A DNA stretch of 61,587 bases, the filler included, from Choristocarpus tenellus KU-1152 (taxonomy: Eukaryota; Protista; Phaeophyceae): the NCBI GenBank assembly GCA_964200185.2. It is 9 parts of 9 records of this genome, joined end to end, with 100 filler letters (N's around TTAATTAATTAA, not from the genome) between each part and the next. Parts side by side here need not be neighbours in the genome. Positions count along the whole stretch, not along the records: positions 22,738 to 28,622 come from CAXNAD020009511.1; positions 28,723 to 35,513 come from CAXNAD020007342.1; positions 35,614 to 55,092 come from CAXNAD020000462.1; 6 more parts are not named here. One strand, written 5' to 3'. A program made the translations under genes and the position numbers. How positions within the stretch are numbered: position 1 is the first letter of the stretch; the number at the start of each line of letters is the position of its first letter. Below the pieces are notes generated by a model. That model was given only the letters and a program-made list of their open reading frames with translations. It was not told where the DNA came from and made no database searches. Of this stretch, positions 25,010 to 37,400 are shown piece by piece.

Positions 25010-28000
25010 ATGTCGATATCACGATGGGCAATCGTAGTTGCGTTTGCGATCTTTGCGGCCACCGCTACGGCGAAAACATACAAGGTCTCCCCAGATAGTA
25101 AGCCCTCCTTGACTGAAGTCATGGGCATGGTCAAGGCAGGTGATGTAGTCGAGCTAGGGAATGGTGTATATTCTGAGGGCATCATGTCTTCCTCTGGAGG
25201 AACGGACGGCAATCCTATCACTATAACCGGTTCCAGAGATGCGATCCTCAGCGGTACCAACCCAGATGACAGGGTGGTAACCCTTAAGCACGGTTACATC
25301 CATCTCAAGGCAAGTATATCAACGGAGGAGTAAGCAGAGTAGTTGAAACTCCACTCTTACACTCCCTGAGCTTGTACTCCAAACTTCCTTGTCAACCATA
25401 TCTAACCAGCTGGATACTTCTACGCGCTGACTGCTAACTACCTCCTTCATTCCACACAACGCTCCATGTCTTTCCCAGGGCTTCACCGTGGATGGAAAGA
25501 TGGGTTCGGGGGAGAGTTTGGAGTCGTACGCCAATAAGTGCATCTACGTACATGGGCAAACGACCCCCAAGACGATCAACTATGCAGGCCACGAGTTCCC
25601 GTCCTCGATCAATGGCCTCGTGATCTCGGATATGTCTATCAAGAACTGCCAGTGAGTGATACCTTTTTTACAGTCCTTACATCCCTATATTGCGAATTAT
25701 ATTTTCTCGGCACCCGAAAAAGAATTAGAGTAATAGCGGATATTTACATTCTCGCCCAACGCACTAATCCTTCGATGTGATAATACTATGACGTTCGCCA
25801 ACGGCCTCAACTTCTCACCTCGCAGAGGGGAGTGTATCCGCCTTCGCTACTTTGTGACACATGCCGAAGTCCACGACAATGATATCCAAAACTGTGGGGT
25901 TGATGACTTTGTCTTCAATCCAGGAGAGGGCAAGAATGGAGAAGGTCTATACATTGGAACCTCGTACACACAGGTGAGCTTCTAATATCATCGCAGAGGA
26001 AGTGAAGTAGCACACCCAAGAATGTCTGCAATTTGTGGTGTGTCGCTTTTGCTTCGGCCCAAATTGTTCGATAAAATATGTGAATGCAGTTGGGTTTGAG
26101 CGAGAGTATCTCGGAGGGGAGTCGATTCAACCCTTCTGAGTTGTAACGAGCTGATAAATCTTGCGCCTAGCACTTTCATTCCTATGCCTGAAATGCTGCT
26201 ACCCCCTCGAGAAAAACTGAGGTTACAGAGGAGGAAACACGAAATCTCGTCCATGCAAGCTCGAAATCACCCTCTAAAGATCTAGGAGCATATGCACCAA
26301 ATGGCAGTCCCAGCGACCCCATATACCCCATGTCATCCCCTTCTAGGGCACTTTGGCTCGTGTTCAACCGAGTAATTATTATTGAACAGTACTGCTGCTA
26401 CATTTTTTGGGATTACACTTACTTCTCTATGCTGGTTCTCGACCTGTCCCCAATAGTAGAAGTGTTGTCCCACATCTTTCACCTCATCCTTCTGACATGA
26501 GCTTTTGCATCCATGCACTGCCCTCAATAAATGTGCACAATTGATTCCCACAGTGGAGAGATGGAAGGAATCCTGATGACCGTCCAGATGGCAGCAAGTT
26601 CAATCTGGTGCGTAATAACATTTTCCTCACACACGGGAATGAGTGTGTGGAGGTCAAGGAGGGTACAGAACACAATGTTATCGAGGGGAACACCTGTGGG
26701 GGTCAGCTGGACAAAGAGTCGGGGTGCTTTGGCTCCCGTGGAGATAAAAATATATTCAGGTTAATGGAATTTTCTGTCTGTCTGGTTGTGCATGTACAAC
26801 ATTCAAGTCCACAGGTTCCTTGACAGAGTGTGTGGTTTGTGGATGTCACTGTATAAGAATCGCTCCAACATCAACTCTGCAATGCATCCATGCAACCCAT
26901 TAGAGACCATTCCAGTGAAAACAGTAATTAATGCTCTATCCCCTGCACTCATGCCTATCTCCAGGTTCAACAATGGTGAAGGATGCGATGGTGTTGGTGT
27001 TCGCCTTGGTGGGCACTTGGAGTACGGTGTTGACAACATTGTGAGTGAAATGGCTCATCATAAACTAGGATCCAAAGGATTATTAAAGGAGAACCCAAAG
27101 ATTTCCCCCAATATTCTTATCCACAGAACACTAGCACAGGTTGTTCTAGTCCTGCTTATTTCTTGCCTTGCACTATTGTAATTATAGTGACTACTGACAA
27201 CAACACTTCAAAACTAAGTACAAATAGAAATATTGTACTCTTGTTCTAACATGTTTTTTTTCATCATTACAACACCACACGTATCCCAAGGTATATGAAA
27301 ACAGTTTCTCAAAGATGGGTAGAGGATCGATCAAGATTATGGCTGAGCCTCAGGCTGAAATATGTGGAAATGCCTGCTCCAGTGGTGAATGCAAGGTTCT
27401 TGGAGCGTGAGTGGTCCCACTTTGCACAGCTGTATATATTATGTGCATATCATAGAAGATATTTTTCTGAGTTCAAAAGCAGTTTTCCTTGCGTCTTCGA
27501 TTTTTTGCCCTGAATCTTACAGCTATCTTCAAATCTTCCTTTAGTTGAATAGCTGTTGAAGATCTCTGAGCTCAACATCGAAAAATAATGCCTTTGATAG
27601 AAAAAGGTTGGTCTCATATCTAAGGCGTACCAAAGACAAAATCTCCGTCAATAACCCATTCCAGTTTAATGCTTTCCAATGGATCCTTGGCTCTACTAGC
27701 GAGGCTTGGTGTACCATTACGAAACTCATATAATTTTTTTATATTTCTTCTCTTCCACATAAAACTCAGGGTTGAGTTTGGGGCAGAATGGGACCAGCCC
27801 TGCTCTAGCAACACAGGCTCAGATCTGATGCCGTACGGAGGTTCGGGTGGGAAGGGGGGTGGAGGAGGAGGTGTTGTTCCTGAAGATGATGATATTGCCA
27901 TTCCTATCGGTGATGACAACAATAACATCCCCACTGATGATGACAGCAGTAAGGGCGGGGAAGGTGATGACGACGTGGATGTTGGCATCCCGGCAGATGA

Positions 28001-28364
28001 TGACAGTGTGGGGGATGACGATAGTATGACCTTTCCTGTGCCTGAGGATGATGACCAACCTGTTTTACCTGAGGGTGATGATGATACCAAGAAGCAGGTT
28101 GACGATGACCAGCCTGTTGTCCCTAAGTGCGATGATGATGACACCGAGAAGCAGGCCGACGATGACAGCTACGTCATGCCTGTGAATGATGACAATACTA
28201 TGGGCCATTCAGACAATGAGAACACCGTCTTGCCTGAAGATGATGACAATGCTGCTATTGACGTGAATCCTGAGGACGATGAGAAGGGAACGTCTGAGGA
28301 CGACGACAGGAACAAGAATTCTGAGGATGATGATAGACAAGGTGATTATGACGATCATATTTGA
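25010..28364 (+). CDS. Secreted right-handed parallel beta-helix protein (PL31/PL41 alginate-lyase-like) with C-terminal Asp-triplet tail, 537 aa, 7 exons
   Basis: Exons 25010-25309 (GC donor AAG|GCAAGT), 25479-25651, 25826-25973, 26554-26759, 26965-27040, 27291-27406, 27770-28364 total 1614 nt in frame. Signal peptide; AGDVVELGNGVY, GTDGNPITITG, YIHLKGFTVDG, GECIRLRY, KNGEGLYIGTS, GNECVEVKEG, GSRGDKN, GVGVRLGG are typical pectin-lyase-fold beta-helix turns. The lyase assignment is inference. Confidence 0.85.
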
Positions 28365-28582
28365 GCTATCAAGAAAGGTAGTGGTGTGGTGGTGAGGAAC
28401 ACACGGTGTGCAGTGAAATGGGGCATCGGCCTTTAATAGTTATTTTGTTACAAAATACTTATTTTGCACAAACCAAGTAATACAACGCCTTGGTGGTCTT
28501 AATATACAATTTTGAAAGAATATTAGTTTCCACCCACAACGTTATGTATTTATGGCAGGGCTGAGCTCCCTGACTTCGTTAT

Positions 28583-28622
28583 GGCTCAAAGTATCTGGGA
28601 GGGGGTGGCGGCTGTCCATTTG
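28583..28622 (+). mobile_element. MITE family B short-spacer end at contig break
   Basis: GGCTCAAAGTATCTGGGAGGGGGTGGCGGCTGTCCATTTG followed by the linker. Confidence 0.82.
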
Positions 28623-29607
28623 NNNNNNNNNNNNNNNNNNNNNNNNNNNNNNNNNNNNNNNNNNNNTTAATTAATTAANNNNNNNNNNNNNNNNNNNNNN
28701 NNNNNNNNNNNNNNNNNNNNNNATGGATGGTTGACAGGCAATTAATAATTCAGTGTGTGCTTTACCATGTAATTCAACAGCTAGCTTCCGGCGACGAGCC
28801 TCATGTGCGTCAAGCTTCTCAACAAACCTGAGATGGGTCAAGCGTTGTGGAAATCATGTAATTATTTGTGTTTTTTTTCAGGTTTGTATAAGCTCGTGCT
28901 TGTCAACTTGTGTCATTCAGCTGGGACCCAGTAGTGAACGCAGTGTGTGGGATGATACGAGCAAGGCGAACAAAAGCTGACAAAGATAAACCTACACACC
29001 ATGTACCACTCTACCCTGAGCTTGTGTAGATAGAGGACCTCCAGTTAGAAGAGGTGGCAAAACCACTACAAACATAGTATCCTTAACGGGGGAATGTTTA
29101 GTCTAAGTTGTCTATTCGGAACTTGATGAGGTGTTGAAAAATACCCCACTTTGATATGCCCCTCTTGTGGATGATTTTCCTTTTGATTTGGTTCAGGCGA
29201 GGGAATGGACACGGAAGGTACTTTAAGAATAAAAGCATTGGCCTTCCCTCTGATACGCTTACTCAAATTACATTGAAATCTCTACAGGGTCACATAGGTC
29301 CCTAATGGACGCCAGATCTCCCTCTAGGATACTATGATGATCGTACTCAGGATCCTGTATTTGTGTCCATCATTATGATTTCCTGCTACCCATGCCTTCA
29401 CACTTGGGCTCTAAAGTCATCCTCATAAAGCACAGTACCCACAGTGTCAGTAATTACATCCCCAGAGAGACTTTTGCACTTGGCATTGCTGTTTTGCACG
29501 TAAAGGAGAACAAGCGCTCAGATGAAGCTAAACTGCACTATGCAGACAAATTCTTCCATGGCACAACTTGCTCAATTCTCAAGCAACCTCCTCCTTTGGG
29601 GCCAAAT

Positions 29608-29850
29608 TAATTGAAAAGTAGGCAACGTTTTATTTCAATAATTAAGAAAATATGGTAAGAAGAGGCAATTTTGAACAATTGGAGAAAGAGCCTTTGCTGA
29701 ATTGTGGTGTCACTTTTGTGTGTGCAAAGGGGAAATATCATTTTTCCGTGTGCTATTGTGCACATAAAGCAATGAAATAGGGTGTATTGCTCAAGGTAAG
29801 ATAGACTGCTTAGGATGCAAAAGGGCACAATCCTACCTACCTCTCAATTA
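29608..29850 (-). mobile_element. MITE family D copy 2
   Basis: TIR TAATTGAAAAGTAGG / CCTACCTCTCAATTA; inverted homologue of 15658-15905. Confidence 0.7.
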
Positions 29851-30374
29851 TTTTACTTCTGCCCTTCCACCATTTGAAGGGACCACCAAACTCCTCCACC
29901 ACGTCCGCATCCACTTGCTGTATACCATGACATGCCTCCAACCGTTACTTACTGAAATTTATGTTAGATGTGATCTCCAATCGTGCCCTTTTGTGGGCAC
30001 TTCCCCCTCCTCTATCTCTAACCCACCACCCCGCTTCCGTGTGTGACGTCTTGGTTGCTTTTCGAACAAAGGTTAGTCGTGTTGAACTGGTGGTTACTCT
30101 CATCAGAGGAGGGGGAGATCTCTCCCTCCTCGCCGAGTCGCCTGTTCCCTAACAGTATCCACCACTTAGCTTCACACACCTTTTAACACGTACGAGAGAA
30201 GTTAAATCAAACTCGTGACCTTCGTTTAGGTTTGGGGGAAGATTTCACACCCAAACCTCAACTTCACCATCGATTTCCTAGGTGACCTCTGCATCGTTTT
30301 CTTCTTTATCAGTATCACCTTTTCTTGTGTAGCCAATTACATTGTACTACTGTGGGCTCGCCTGACCCTCGCCT

Positions 30375-30625
30375 GAGCCAAAGTATACTAGAGGTACCCA
30401 GGTTTTGGGCACTTTACATGTAAAGTCATTTTGTTCAACCTTCTGCAGTTCGCCCACATTTCTATGGATGAAGTGTCGAGTTTGACTTAAGATTGTTGAT
30501 TTCTCCACTGTTTGAATTTTTCGACAGGATTCGGAAAAGCTCCAATATACACTTGAAAAGAGAATTGGTACAATTTGTCGGAATTCTCGAACTACTACAC
30601 TGGTTACCCTCGTTTACCTTGCCTC
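30375..30625 (+). mobile_element. MITE family C copy 2
   Basis: Starts GAGCCAAAGTATACTAGAGGTACC, degenerate right end GGTTACCCTCGTTTACCTTGCCTC; homologous to 5446-5643. Confidence 0.55.
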
Positions 30626-33599
30626 TCTGCCACGATGGTTAGGCAGAACTATAATCCAGAAGTATGGATTTACACACAGAAGGAGAGGTTGTGCGAGAAC
30701 TAGTTCTCCGACCGTTTCAAGCATGCATTCTCTAAATCTCTCCAGTCAAATAGTCATAGTGACAGCGTCTACAATTCAACTGGTGTACGACTGGCTGACT
30801 TCATATCCTATCCCCTGTTTATTTCTATCAGATGCGTCCACATGAAACATGAAATATCCTCAAAGATACCACATTATTCCATTAACACGTTCTTAGCCAC
30901 ACTACCCTTTCATTGGAACAATATATTGTCAATTTTAACAACGGATGAAGAATTTGTCCATTTCACCCACCTTTTATTTGTAGATTATCATAGTGTGGAT
31001 CACATAAAATATCATACCAATACCAAATTTTACCGACAAATTCGCACATCTAACATAAAACTACTCCAAAAGAAATCTGGGACTGATTGGTACTGGTACT
31101 ATTATACCCCAATAACATCAAACTCATGACATCCTCGAATGCTTCTTCGCTGCCTACAATCTACATCATTCCACACTTTGTTTTCTCTCCACATATAAAC
31201 ACCAATCCCTGTTTATACACTATGTACTATATTACTATATTTCATTCATCGCTTGCTTCACCTCCCCAGAGTATACATTAACACAGGCAGACCAAATCGT
31301 ATCCTAGGACTTTCATGGAGTGAATTGTAAACAAAGAATGGGTGAGGAAATGGAGATTAAGGTGTGGAGTTTCCTCGGTGGCGTTCCAGTATTTGTCTGT
31401 TGTCATTGAACTATAGGGGAATAGGTGCAAAGGAACTATCTTGCACACAAGGGGCATATTCACCATCACATAATAGAGCTCATGTTTGTTCTCATCATAT
31501 GACACACCCTGGACAGATATTTAACCACATGTTGCATTGAAAAGGTTTGGCGGGTTGTGGTCCTGGTCATCCTTCAGAGTATATATGTTGGAGGACCTTT
31601 GGTGACCCTCCTTGACAAGAAAATAAATGAATTGCTATTATGATGTATTTTTTATATATATATCCCTAATATATTTCGTTGTTAGTGGTGATTGTTGACG
31701 TATTTTACCGCTGTACGTGGTGTTCGAGTGAGGATTATTTGAACCTTTTAAAACTATATAATATGTACTGATATTGCCACATCTAGTATTTGAAACATAA
31801 TAATGGAATGGAAAGCACAGGGCTGAGGACGTACATATACTTCAAGGTATGTAACAAAAGCTAAGGTACTGCATGCCTCTAAGTTTTACTCGAAGAATTA
31901 CAACATATTCGCCAGCTGGCCACACCATTTCAGTCAGCATGGTACGATGGATTCACATAGGCAGACGAGACTCCTGTAAGGGTATTGGAGTTTGCGAACG
32001 ATGAAATCAAGAAGCTTTCAAGTCTTTGTAATTGACTAAAGGAGGTGGGTTACACCTTCCGCCTTGAGTTTCAGTCACATCAAACTGAAAAGGAGAAGCA
32101 ATACAGCTAAAGTGATGCGCCCCCCTATCTGCAGCGTGTTTAGGTGTCAGCAGTGCAAAATTGTGAAAGGAAAAAGGGTTTTGGTTAAACACTTGTCAAC
32201 CGCGTTTGACCTGGCCCTGTACTGTTTCCTGTTCTTGAAATAGATATATCTTCCTATTTGACTGCAGGTTTTGATTACCCTTTCACATGGCAGGAGGATC
32301 CAATCCGTCCAGAGGATAACGACAATGTGTGTTCCACTGTAGTATCAGGGTCTGCTATATTATGGAGCTATTGTTTTTTTGTTCTGCTTGAGAATGCTTC
32401 CTTATTAGTGGTATCGAGGATTTTGTATGATATCATTTGCATACTGTGTAGTAAAACATTGCAATTTCCTTGAAAAAGCCCTTCCTGTAGGTGTCATAAT
32501 TTGGAGATGTTTTTCTCACGATACTGTTGTTCAATGGTCTATGGATGATGATGGTGCCCCAATAATATGATTGCTTCACTGATATATCTTGCCTGGAGTG
32601 TGGACATACAGGCTTTGAGATGTTGTGGTCTCTACACTAGACCAAGCTAGTGGGCCATGCCCATCTAGCTACATCTCAGACTGATCCAAAACAAACAAAG
32701 ACGAGGTGGGTCTATGTCACCCCACACCTCATACACGTATATATACACTCCTTGTACATCTAAAGGATACGTACTAGTGACGGACTATGATACGTATATA
32801 TGATATCCTCGCTACACTATCGTATACCGTTAGTAGACTGCTACGAAATTATTTAAACTTATCAATCTGTCCCCACTCTTCCACTGGTGATGTCTATTGT
32901 GTGTCGCTGTACCTACTCCAGACACAACATACCTTGCCCTTTGCTGCTACTGACAGCTGGACACTGAAGCGTGAACAAACCAGTGCCAAGTGCCACACTG
33001 CGATACTTGACTCCCGGTAATTATTTTCCCGCCCCCTCGTGTCCAAGGGTTCAGTTTCCTCTTGTTAACGATCGTGCAATTTGATCTAGTTGGGCTTTGC
33101 TCGGCTAGGGCAGCCACAATTCAAATTCCCTTTGCCTGCCCAAGCTTGCTACTGCCTGGAAGACGGCAGGTATTGGTCAAGAGTGTGTGGTCCTATCCAG
33201 GCTGGGCAAATTTTAACTTTTCAGTCTTGGGCTTCGGTACAGAGAGAATCTCCTGTGTAAGGACATGGGGTAATGGTTGCAATATGGAAAAGCTCACATG
33301 ACTAGTGACATGTGCCATGTCCGGATGTGACTAACACTGGTTGATGGACTGATTCTTGGACGTTTTTTCTGGTGTCAGAGTGCTCTACACAAAACTGTTC
33401 TAACGAAAACTCCAGAGTAGAGTGTATACTAGTCAGTACGAACAGTAATATCCCGACACATATGGCGTTTTGTCTGGCTAGTAAGCAAGTCTCAAATTAT
33501 TTGTTTGACCCCAAAAAGCTTTCCCTAGCAAGGCCAACAAATGGATAGAGTGTGCAAATTCAGTAGTACTATCCTGTGAGGGTGTGTGACAAGGGACAC

Positions 33600-34750
33600 A
33601 AAATGTTTGTATGTAGTGAAACAATGTTTCTGGTGCTTGATGATTCATGCGATGCATGAGAGTGTCCATCTTTCTTTGTGTATTCCTCAAGATTGGGACA
33701 AAAATTGATCCACATAGTAGCCAGTGATACTTGAGTTGGGGTATGCTCCCTTCCTCACTTGTGAAACCATAGTGTGCAGAGCCTTTCTCCGTATACCCTT
33801 TGTGGAACTTGAGAGGAAAATCAAGGACAGTGGTATTGATCGCCCTGAACCCGAATAACAAAAGAGCATAGCTCTAGAACAGAATAACTGTCGCCAGTTG
33901 CCACTAGTCACTTTGTGCTCCACATCCCCAAGATATCTACAAAGGGCATGTTGATATCGTACAGCAAGAATCCGACTTCATAGCTATCTGTCGAACATGT
34001 TAGCTTCCCAATCTTATCGCCAAGCTCGTACTCCTTTATTATATAGTTTGAAACACTACAGTAATTTATTTGGGGTTAGAATGGTATGCTAGCGCATGGA
34101 GACGTAAACACCACGATGATCCAATTTATAGCATCCTATTTTTCATATATGAAACAGAGTAGCTGGGTTGGTCAGATTGAATGCTGTCAACTGTCACGAT
34201 CCCTAATGGGGGATATAACATGGGACAGGCTTGTTTGTTACAGGTCAAGTCCAAACGAGTGATCGGCTTTTTGAGACACAATCGATTTACCCGTAGAAAA
34301 AACGCTCTTTATATGTTGAAGATATAGGAAGCACTTGGTTCAATCTTTGTTTTTTGGAGACGCTAGTACCGGGTCTTGCAATGTTTGACTCATTTCACTT
34401 GTATGAGGTTGCTATTATTGCATCACGCATGAAATGGGAGTCTCCACATGTACTGTTGTGGTTAGGAAGATGAAAGGAGAAGAACACCACATACGTAATT
34501 GGTTGGCGATACTTCAACGAAATGATAGAACATTCTTGTGCGAGTTCATACTTTGGTTATTGTAACCAATATAAGGAGGATTTTCAATCCCACTGTTAAA
34601 CCAGCTTCAAGGACTGATAGCTTTTTTGGTAGTATATGATGCCGAAGTGACACTTCTTGTTTCACACCCAGGTCCCATAATCCAATACAAGAAGCGTCCT
34701 TCCTCGACATAATTTTCCGAATCACATCGCACGTCTACTAGAAATGTCCT
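33600..34750 (-). mobile_element. Possible highly decayed Copia RT/RNase H remnant
   Basis: Faint motif echoes only (e.g. QLKYHWL near 33720-33740, cf. KHIDIKYHWLRE); many stops; boundaries approximate. Confidence 0.3.
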
Positions 34751-35401
34751 CATCCTACACCGTTGCTAACATGACTGACCAAACAAACAAGTCTACATTA
34801 TATGAAGGAACAAGATATAACATCCAGCAGCAGTGGAGTATACCTTTTTTTATGGGAAGTCATCCTCAACCAACTCCATTCAATAAAATTGTGGTGCGTG
34901 TATAGAAGATTGCTACCAGAAATGTTTCCACAATGAAATTTTGTGTATCAGTCTGTCTTCACTCACCATTTTGTCTCTATTTCGATGCTTGAGTCATGTT
35001 TCGTACTACTATAGTTCTGTAAGTAGACCTCTACTTGCATAGAGTGACTAACCCTCTCCCCTCCATTCTCTATCCCTCTTCAAATTTAAACAAAGGTAGA
35101 AATGGTTGGCTCACATTCCAAATGGAACTGTATATGTTAACCTGTTCAGAAGTTACATAATTCATACAGCAGTACAAAACCATTAAATAGAATAGTGTGG
35201 AAGGGCTGAAGGTTGAAGTCCAGAGATCAATGTTTCGATTTGAAATCAGAGAAGGATTCCAAGTTCGACATAGATCCAGGAACGTACCTCATGAGGTACT
35301 TAAGTGTGAATAAATTGGTTTGGTTCTTGTGGTTGGATGGTTAATACATTAGATTGAAGCTTTGGTTAGACACCGTAATCTGGCGAAGGTATATTGCATT
35401 A

Positions 35402-35460
35402 GACCCAAAGTATCTGTGGGGGGGGGGGGGGGGGGGTTTCAAACGGGTGGTCCTTTTGGT
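35402..35460 (+). mobile_element. Degenerate MITE family B long-spacer end near contig break
   Basis: GACCCAAAGTATCTGT-polyG-TTTCAAACGGGTG-GTCCTTTTGG. Confidence 0.65.
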
Positions 35461-35613
35461 GAAAAAAGAGAAGAGGAGATTTTTTATATTTTATTTAAAG
35501 CTATACAAAAAAANNNNNNNNNNNNNNNNNNNNNNNNNNNNNNNNNNNNNNNNNNNNTTAATTAATTAANNNNNNNNNNNNNNNNNNNNNNNNNNNNNNN
35601 NNNNNNNNNNNNN

Positions 35614-35778
35614 GGGGGGGGGGGGGGTCTACATCAGGGTGTCCATTTGGGCCCTGACCAGGAAAAGTGCACATATATTATCCATCCGATGCATGCAACC
35701 AAATCACCCAATAATCGCGACATAGAAAAACGGGCCCCAACTGGACAGTCGCCACCTCCCCCCCGGATACATTGAGCC
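35614..35778 (-). mobile_element. MITE family B near-complete copy
   Basis: Inverted homologue of 58071-58257; the long end is cut in its poly-G tract by the contig start, and the short end is ...GGATACATTGAGCC. Confidence 0.85.
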
Positions 35779-35799
35779 TCGTGACAGGCACTTAAGACG

Positions 35800-37400
35800 G
35801 GGGATTGTAGTGGTGCTTTTGGAACCACTAACTAACCCTGAAAAGCTTGGTGTTTGTGTATGTGGCCTGGGAGATATGATCTGCAGAGCAAAATAGTTTC
35901 AGCATCGCCATAAATATATGACATACTATATGTCGACTGTGGTGGAGGTAAAGGCGCTGAGTTGGGGGCCTCAAAATGCTAAAAATAAAGGGAAAAGTGC
36001 AAAACTTGTGCTCTGAAGAAATCTTTATGTAGTCCGAAGTTGTGAAGATATTAACGGAACTATTGAAAAGCACACAGTCACTCTGTGTGACATCCGGATC
36101 ATGAAGGCGATCTAGATAAATCCCTTATGCGTTACGTGAGGCTGGAGTATTTGGCATGGCATTTTCAGAGATATTCCAACAAATAAGGGCAAGTGTTGCT
36201 GGCATTAGGTTGATCTCACCTGCAAAGAGGCGAGAGAGGGCATCAGGCACAATAGTGTCGCTGGCTGGTTTATGATGAACAGTAAATCGAAGGATTAGAG
36301 AGCAAGAGCCCAACTTGTCAGCATAGGATCTTTACCTTGCATGTAAAAAAGATATCGGAGTGCCGCATGGTCAGTGATTAGGCCAAAATGTCGAACCCAG
36401 AGATATCGCTGGCAGTGGTTAATTGTGTGGACTACCGCCAAACATTTTTTGTATGTGGCAGAGAGATTTCGTTGTTTTTTGTTGTTGGAATTTTCTTACT
36501 GAAATAGGCTACAACATGCAGCAAGGTGTGTCAGTCAAGTCGTCTGATGCTCTTTGAGGTAGGAAATTACCGCTGCCCAAATCTGATGCATCAGCATGTA
36601 CGACAAAAGGTCTGGTAAAATCAGGGAAGTGTAACAGAGGATCCGAGGTCACCATATATTTTTTTATCTTAGGAAATGCACCATCATGAACTGATGTCCA
36701 TGATTTTCCCAATTCACCAGAAGGGTGTACTATGAAATTCTAACGAGTTCATTTTTGAGGGGTTCTATCATACCTGCATAATGTGGAACAATTTTCGAAC
36801 AGAACTTGCAAATACCAAGGGATGGAACGAATATATTCGATTGTTTGGGGTGTGGGAAGATCAACAATACCTTGAATGTGATCCTTGCCAGGGCGTACCC
36901 TTGCACTAGAAACAATAAGTCCAAGGCATTCAACTTCTGCCTGCCCAAGCTTCAGATTGGAAGGTTTGAAAGTAAGACCAGCACTTTGAAGGGTAATTAA
37001 AGCTATGTGATGCTCCCAAGTGGCAGAACAAAGAATGAGGTCGTATATATAGCAAAGTAGGCCTGATCCCATGCCAATACCAGATAGAGTTCGATCCAAT
37101 ATGAGTTGAGAGACAAAAGAGTCATTGCCAAGTTCAGAAGGAAGTCGTTTCCATACACAAGATTGCTTTATGGGTGACAGAAGCAGTCTTGTCGATATCT
37201 GCTTCCGTCACAGGAATCTGATATGATTGTACATCCGTAGCAGAGAGAAGCATTGCTACGACTATCGAATCAAGATGTTCCTCACGTAAAGGTATGGGCT
37301 AAGAACATTCAATGAGGTGTGTGTTGATGATCCTTCGATAATCTATACAGAATCTTGGAGTCCCATCTACTTTGGCTACAAGAATAACAAGAGATACCCC
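35800..37400 (-). mobile_element. Decayed Ty3/Gypsy pol (RT - RNase H - linker)
   Basis: Frameshifted motifs PRFCIDYR, DIDKTASVT, YIYDLILCS, FKPSNLKLGQAEVECLG, PLLHFPDFTRPFVVHADASDLG, ITDHAALRYL, FTVHHKP..VPDALSRL in Gypsy order. Confidence 0.85.

Noticed and set aside
27620-28144. Ser-rich minus-strand ORF (174 aa) and similar antisense ORFs over exons; also the RVRVRV ORF at 59885-60112
   Set aside because: Shadow ORFs of GAT/GAC-rich exons or of telomere-like repeats.
15184-28364. Alginate-utilisation gene cluster (CBM32-like gene plus beta-helix lyase)
   Set aside because: The genes are on different contigs separated by two artificial linkers, so proximity is unsupported.
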